A stretch of 33,173 nucleotides of DNA, taken from the sequence record SRR22947727_805, one strand, 5' to 3'. A program made the translations under genes and the position numbers. The notes below the pieces were generated by a model. It was given only the letters and a program-made list of their open reading frames with translations. It did no database searches and was not told where the DNA came from. Below are positions 28,255 through 33,173 of the stretch, piece after piece. The stretch's first letter is position 1. The number at the start of each line of letters is the position of its first letter.

Positions 28255-28283
28255 TTGACTATGAAAAAATTAGCAAGTAATGC
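28255..28283 (+). promoter_or_regulatory. Possible sigma70 promoter for the methyltransferase
   Basis: TTGACT (28255-28260), 17 bp spacer, TAATGC (28278-28283); weak given AT background. Confidence 0.3.
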
Positions 28284-28954
28284 TTTCAGTCATGGAAGAT
28301 AAAAAATTAAGTGAATACCTTAAAAATTATACAACATATTTTTCTAGTCGAACTGAAGATAATATTAGAATTTACAATACAATTAATAAACTCTTAAAAT
28401 TTAATGAAAAAGAACCGTTATTAGGTAAAAAGGTTCTTGATCTTGGTTCTGGAGATAAAGAGTTTTATAATGTCTGCTTAGATAAAGGTATAGAAATATC
28501 TGAGATAGATGGTTCAACAGGAATTAATTTTGAGAAAGATATGCTTCCCTATAAAGATGAAAGTTTTGATATTGTAATATTTACTGCTGTTATTGAACAC
28601 TTATACAGTGCCAACTTGGTTTTATCTGAAATTTATAGGATACTGAAACCAAAAGGCATAGTAATAATAATTACACCCAATTTTTCTTATGCATTTAAAA
28701 ATTTTTATAATGACCCTACACATGTTCATCCATATAATCCAATTTCACTAAAAAAGGTTTTAGAAATGAATAAATTTAAAAATAATAAAGTTTATCCCTG
28801 GTTAGTAAATAAGTCTGTTAATTATTGGAAAATACCATTTAAATTCTTTATAGCTGCAAAATTACCATTTAAAAACCATACCTTTCAGAATATTCCAATA
28901 CCCAAGTTTCTAAGAGGTAAAAGTACAGCGATGATTTCTTTATCTCAAAAGTAA
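28280..28954 (+). CDS. Class I SAM-dependent methyltransferase
   Basis: Motif I VLDLGSG, LPYKDESFD, VIEHL, RILKPKG, TPN, DPTH; true start may be ATG 28292. Confidence 0.9.
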   Translation: MLSVMEDKKLSEYLKNYTTYFSSRTEDNIRIYNTINKLLKFNEKEPLLGKKVLDLGSGDKEFYNVCLDKGIEISEIDGSTGINFEKDMLPYKDESFDIVIFTAVIEHLYSANLVLSEIYRILKPKGIVIIITPNFSYAFKNFYNDPTHVHPYNPISLKKVLEMNKFKNNKVYPWLVNKSVNYWKIPFKFFIAAKLPFKNHTFQNIPIPKFLRGKSTAMISLSQK

Positions 28955-28964
28955 ATTTGTTGAA

Positions 28965-28993
28965 TTGACAAATGGGTAAATAAATTTTAACTC
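28965..28993 (+). promoter_or_regulatory. Possible sigma70 promoter for the MBL-fold gene
   Basis: Perfect TTGACA (28965-28970), 17 bp spacer, TAACTC (28988-28993), 18 nt before ATG 29012. Confidence 0.35.
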
Positions 28994-29011
28994 AATTTAA
29001 ATATTTAAATT

Positions 29012-30301
29012 ATGCAAAAAATTAAAGTAATAAATAATGGTACAGTTTTAATTAATAGTGATTTTATTATGGATCCTTGGATTTATGGTAACTTATATAA
29101 TAACTCATGGTCACCATTCCCAAAAAATAATTTTGATAAAAAAAAATTAAAAAAAATTAAATTTTGCTTTATTTCTCATTTACATCAGGATCACTGGGAT
29201 TTAGACACAATCAAACATTTTGACAAAAAAGTAAAATTTTTTTTACCAAAACTACCATTTAACAAAGTTATAGAAAAAGGATTGAATAAGTGCGGTTTTA
29301 AAAATGTCACTTATATTAAATATGGTAAATTTGAAAAAATTTCTGATGATTACGAAATAGCAGTAGTCCCCCCTCTAAACAAGGGTGCGCTAGAAACAGA
29401 TATTATAAATCCATACGATGATAATGCTATTGCAATAGATACTGGTTTAATTTTAAAATCTACAAAATTAAAAATTAATCATTTAATTTTATTTGATAAT
29501 TCTCCGTATGATATAAATATTTTTAAAAATTTTTTTAAAAATATAAAAATTCACAGTTTATTTTTTAATTATAATGGTTTTGCTCAAGATTATCCTCTAA
29601 AATACAATATGCTTAGCCCATCTCAAAAGAAAAAAATCTCATACAATCTTCAATTAAAAAAAGAAAAATATATAGTGAATTTTATTAATTATATAAAACC
29701 TAAAACTCTGGTTCCTCATTCTTCTGACTTTATTCTAAACCAGAATCGAAAATTATTTTTCAGTACACACTCAAAAGATTTTTTAGATAAACATAAATAT
29801 GCTGAGAGAATTAATAAAATAACAAATATAAAAACCTTTGCTTTATATTCTAAAGATACTTTATTTATTGATAAAAATAACTTTCATGCAGAAATCAAGA
29901 CAAATAATAATGAAAGAAATCTAAAAAATCCACCAATGAAACTTAGTTTTCCCAAAGCCTCTGTAAAAAAATTCGAAAACGTGCTTAGCGAAGCATTTGA
30001 TAAAATGTTAGAAAGAATTAAAACATATAACTTAACTATACCCAAAAGTAAACTTGGATTAGATTTTGGAAGTTCAAAATATTTAATAGATTTTAAAAAG
30101 AAAACAATAACAAAAAATAAATTTAGTAAAAAAGATACATTAATACTTTTAACTAGAAAAAGTATATTTAAACTAATTCTAGAAAGAAAAATTCATATTA
30201 ATAATGCTACCATTGGGTGTTATTTAAATTGGGAGAGATATCCAAATAAATATTTAAATTTTAGAGATCTCTATCAATCTTTAAATTTTTTTCACATTTA
30301 A
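29012..30301 (+). CDS. Metallo-beta-lactamase-fold protein (UlaG / CMP-Neu5Ac hydroxylase MBL-domain-like)
   Basis: DPWIYG...SW, ISHLHQDHWD (HxHxDH), IDTG, DYP, PHSS; C-terminal extension ending in GC...ERYP. Confidence 0.78.
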   Translation: MQKIKVINNGTVLINSDFIMDPWIYGNLYNNSWSPFPKNNFDKKKLKKIKFCFISHLHQDHWDLDTIKHFDKKVKFFLPKLPFNKVIEKGLNKCGFKNVTYIKYGKFEKISDDYEIAVVPPLNKGALETDIINPYDDNAIAIDTGLILKSTKLKINHLILFDNSPYDINIFKNFFKNIKIHSLFFNYNGFAQDYPLKYNMLSPSQKKKISYNLQLKKEKYIVNFINYIKPKTLVPHSSDFILNQNRKLFFSTHSKDFLDKHKYAERINKITNIKTFALYSKDTLFIDKNNFHAEIKTNNNERNLKNPPMKLSFPKASVKKFENVLSEAFDKMLERIKTYNLTIPKSKLGLDFGSSKYLIDFKKKTITKNKFSKKDTLILLTRKSIFKLILERKIHINNATIGCYLNWERYPNKYLNFRDLYQSLNFFHI

Positions 30302-30306
30302 AGATA

Positions 30307-30837
30307 TTATAAAAATTTTGCATAATAAACTTCGTCAACTCTTTTATTTTTATAAATTAAATGCTTTTTAAAACTTGCTTCTAATGAAAAGCCATTTTTT
30401 TTTAATACCTTCATTGAGCCTACATTAATTTTATAAGTGCATGCAGTTATTTTTTTCAATTTAAACTTATTTTTTGCGATTAATAAAACTTTTTTAATCG
30501 ATATTGTAGCAATATTCATTCCCCAAAAATTTTTATCTCCTATAAAATATGATATATATGCATTTTTATGATAAAAATTGATCGATCCTAATTTTATATT
30601 TCCTACGTGTTTAGAATTATTTCCTAATTTTAAATAAATTCCATATAAAAATTCTTTTTTGGAATTTCTTTTTTCTTTAATAAAATCTAGAATTCTTTTT
30701 TTATTTTGTTTTACAAGTTTTTGTTCTGTAAACTCATTAATTTTTTTATCTTTCATCCAATTTAAATACTTAATACTGTAATCACTAATTGTAAGTTCTT
30801 TTAGAATAACTTGGGTTGCTTTAATTTTATTTTTCAT
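30307..30837 (-). CDS. GNAT N-acetyltransferase (RimJ/RimL-type), PseH-like candidate
   Basis: YLNWMKD, HVGNIKL, IGDKNFWGMNIAT, N.GS.KVLKKNGF motifs; in pse context. Confidence 0.82.
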   Translation of the reverse strand: MKNKIKATQVILKELTISDYSIKYLNWMKDKKINEFTEQKLVKQNKKRILDFIKEKRNSKKEFLYGIYLKLGNNSKHVGNIKLGSINFYHKNAYISYFIGDKNFWGMNIATISIKKVLLIAKNKFKLKKITACTYKINVGSMKVLKKNGFSLEASFKKHLIYKNKRVDEVYYAKFL

Positions 30838-30846
30838 ATTAAAAAC

Positions 30847-32889
30847 TTACTTATTTCTCATTCCAGACTTAGCAACTTCTGAATGCAAATAGTCACTTAC
30901 ATTTTTTTGATCTTTTTCAACTTTAGAAATTTTATAAAATATACTTTCAAGTATATCAAAATATTTTTTTAATATTTTTTCTTTATGAGGTAGAGCACAA
31001 TAAATCATATTTGAAGCTAATATATTTTTCTTTAACATTTCCTGTGTAATTAAAGTTTTGTATTCCAAGTTATTTTTTGAATTAAAATAAAAATTTGGAA
31101 CTGCGTCTATTCCTTGAATTTTTAAATCTAAATTATGTAGTATTGATAGTCTCTTCCAATTTTTTTTTATTTTTTTACCTGTTGATGTTATTTCCTTCCA
31201 TGATTTAGTTTTATCCATAATCTCAAGTGTTTCCAAAGCTGCTGTGGAACCTACTCTTTCTGTCCAAAATGTACTGCTAATAAATGATTTTTGTGATTGC
31301 TCCATAATATTTCTTTTGCCTATTATAGCATTTATAGCATATCCATTTCCAAGTGCTTTACCAAATATTGCCATGTCTGGCTCAATATTATAAAATTTAT
31401 GAATTCCTCCATAAGTTTGTCTAAATCCCGAAGTACATTCATCAAATATCAAAACAATGTTATTTTGCGTTGCAAGATTTCTTATTTTGTTTAAAAAGTT
31501 ATTTTTAGGATCAGATGTACGTTTAACTTCCATTTTAATAGCACCAATTTTATTTTTTTTTACTATTTTTTTTAATTGTTCAAAATTATTGTATTCAAAA
31601 GTGAAAACTGTATTTTTTAAATTTTTTGGCACACCATTAATAGGTAAATTGCTCATTAAATGAGAGTTAAGGCTATTTTCATTATTAATATTTGAAGACA
31701 AATACCAATCATGCCACCCATGATATCCACAAACTGCAATTTTATCTCTACCACTAGCAGCTCTTGCAATTCTTATTGCTACTGCGTTTGCCTCACCACC
31801 CGACCTAGTAAACCTTGCCATCTCAGACCATGGATGTAAAGAAATTAACTTTTCTGCTAACAGAATCTCCTCAATAGAGTTCAAAGTAGACATTGTTCCC
31901 TTTTTTAGTACTTTAATAACCTTTTTTTCTATATTAGGATGACAATAGCCTAATGTGTTAGTTCCAACCCCCATGAAAGCAACATCATCATAAACATTAT
32001 TATTTAAGTCCCATAATTTACATCCTTTTGATTTTGAAAAGTATGCTGGCCATTTACCAGGTAAAAATAAATCTGGATTTTTAGAAAAAAGCATTGTTCC
32101 ACCAGGTATTACTGTTTGGGCTCGTTTCCAAAATTTTTGTCCAGTGCTTAAAATAGATCCTTCATTTCTTTTAATATCATTATTAATTAAAAATAAGCTT
32201 TTATTTTTATTATAATATTTCATTAAATCTTTTAGATTAAAGAATGGTTTTTTTTTAAAATTTTCTAATATTTTTTTTATTAACTCAAAATCTCTTTGTT
32301 CGTCTAATGTTACTCTTAACCAAGATAAATTTTCTTTATTTCTTAAATTAAATTTACTTATATTTTTGTCTCTTTTCATATATGGATTCACATGCTCTTT
32401 ATCATGATCAGATTTTGCATTTTTGTATGCTTTACTCAAAGATTTAAAATTGAAAATCTCAACATCTAATCCATCTGGAAAACTTGGTGGAATTGCATTG
32501 GATGCATAATCAACCTTTTTTTCAAAAAAATTTTTTATAACTAGGTCTACTATATTGGCATCAATCAGAGGACAATCAGCAGTTATTCTACATATATTGT
32601 TGAATTTGAATTTTTTTGCAGCTAAATAATAACGTTTTAAAACATTTTTTTCTGAACCAACAAAATAATCAATTTTAACTTTATTTGCAATTTTAATTAT
32701 TTCTTTATCCATCTTATTTGACGAACATGCTATTATAACTTTAGAAATTTTTTTAGATTTTAAGAGTCTTTTTATTAAAATCTCAAGTACAGTTTTATTA
32801 TTAATTTTTTTTAAGACTTTGCCAGGCAATCTTGAGGCAAAATATCTTGCTTGAACTATTGCAAGTACTTTATTATTATTTAATTCCAT
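30847..32889 (-). CDS. Fusion of SpsF-type cytidylyltransferase and class III (GSA-aminomutase-like) PLP aminotransferase
   Basis: N-terminal ~240 aa: IVQAR..SRLPGKVL, GSEKNVLKRY, RITADCPLID, PDGLDVE, EHV, RVTLD. C-terminal: IPGG, LGY.HP, RSGGEA, GYHGWHDW, IFDECTSGFR, FGKALGNG. Confidence 0.9.
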   Translation of the reverse strand: MELNNNKVLAIVQARYFASRLPGKVLKKINNKTVLEILIKRLLKSKKISKVIIACSSNKMDKEIIKIANKVKIDYFVGSEKNVLKRYYLAAKKFKFNNICRITADCPLIDANIVDLVIKNFFEKKVDYASNAIPPSFPDGLDVEIFNFKSLSKAYKNAKSDHDKEHVNPYMKRDKNISKFNLRNKENLSWLRVTLDEQRDFELIKKILENFKKKPFFNLKDLMKYYNKNKSLFLINNDIKRNEGSILSTGQKFWKRAQTVIPGGTMLFSKNPDLFLPGKWPAYFSKSKGCKLWDLNNNVYDDVAFMGVGTNTLGYCHPNIEKKVIKVLKKGTMSTLNSIEEILLAEKLISLHPWSEMARFTRSGGEANAVAIRIARAASGRDKIAVCGYHGWHDWYLSSNINNENSLNSHLMSNLPINGVPKNLKNTVFTFEYNNFEQLKKIVKKNKIGAIKMEVKRTSDPKNNFLNKIRNLATQNNIVLIFDECTSGFRQTYGGIHKFYNIEPDMAIFGKALGNGYAINAIIGKRNIMEQSQKSFISSTFWTERVGSTAALETLEIMDKTKSWKEITSTGKKIKKNWKRLSILHNLDLKIQGIDAVPNFYFNSKNNLEYKTLITQEMLKKNILASNMIYCALPHKEKILKKYFDILESIFYKISKVEKDQKNVSDYLHSEVAKSGMRNK

Positions 32890-33173
32890 CTTCTAGGATC
32901 TATATAATTCAAATTACTCAATTTAAGTTTATAAGAGATTTTTTTACTTTTTTTTTTAAATTCATTTAATATATCGTTTAGTTGATTAAAATCATTAAAC
33001 CCAACCACAATACAATCAATTTGATTTATTTGTCTAACAAAATCTAAGCATGCTTTTAATCTTGATATTTTGTTTGTTGTGCACCAATTTTCAAATTTCT
33101 TTAAATGAAGACATAAATTTTTTGGTATGTTTAACGAATTGTAATCACCAATTAACAATCCCTGCAAAAAACA
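32880..33173 (-). CDS. Aldo/keto reductase family protein, C-terminal part (5' end outside window)
   Basis: Frame open from the window edge: CFLQGLL...ACLDFV....IVVG....QL...IDPRRW, the C-terminus of AKRs found beside spsF-like genes; stop overlaps the next start by 10 bp. Confidence 0.75.
   Translation of the reverse strand, partial: CFLQGLLIGDYNSLNIPKNLCLHLKKFENWCTTNKISRLKACLDFVRQINQIDCIVVGFNDFNQLNDILNEFKKKSKKISYKLKLSNLNYIDPRRWN

Noticed and set aside
24798-31663. Short ORFs 24798-25073, 31297-31494, 31457-31663
   Set aside because: Antisense to pseB or the spsF-aminotransferase fusion; no motifs.
30847-32150. Calling the aminotransferase domain hemL
   Set aside because: Fused to a cytidylyltransferase in a glycan locus, with SSTFWTE instead of the HemL AGTxSGNP motif.
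1-33173. tRNA, rRNA, CRISPR array, IS/integrase, JUMPstart/ops element, phage or giant-virus origin
   Set aside because: No GC-rich structured segment, spaced repeats, recombinase ORF or ops-like GGCGGTAG sequence noticed by eye; WecA, ligase and ABC flippase with bacterial operon packing favour a cellular bacterial island.

Overview
Extremely AT-rich (roughly 20-25% GC by eye), densely packed bacterial surface-polysaccharide (O-antigen/glycosylation) island with 32 supportable CDSs, two of them cut by the window edges. No RNA gene, mobile element or CRISPR array was seen. Composition, lysine-rich proteins, tiny intergenic gaps and frequent strand switches suggest a streamlined marine alphaproteobacterium such as a Pelagibacterales (SAR11) hypervariable glycosylation region; this is inference, as no marker gene is present. 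Contents: (i) a pseudaminic acid pathway (pseB, pseC, pseI, a PseH-like GNAT and an SpsF-type cytidylyltransferase fused to a class III aminotransferase; no pseG in the window); (ii) a second ulosonic-acid module: a short NeuB-family synthase that resembles the NANS/Kdn-9-phosphate-synthase type and lacks the SAF/antifreeze domain, coupled to a TIM-barrel isomerase, three SDRs, a PglK-like ABC flippase and two orphan GT-B proteins, with a second cytidylyltransferase linked to a cobalamin-binding radical SAM enzyme; (iii) many tailoring enzymes (PIG-L deacetylase, formyltransferase, methyltransferase, MBL-fold protein, Fe/2OG dioxygenase, aldo-keto reductase); (iv) assembly genes (WecA-like, WaaL-like, Wzy-like, Wzz-like, two GT4); (v) gmhA-gmd; and (vi) an out-of-place DEDDh exonuclease. 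The best candidate for an undescribed system is the second ulosonic-acid pathway and its tailoring set. All family calls come from motif recognition, not database searches.
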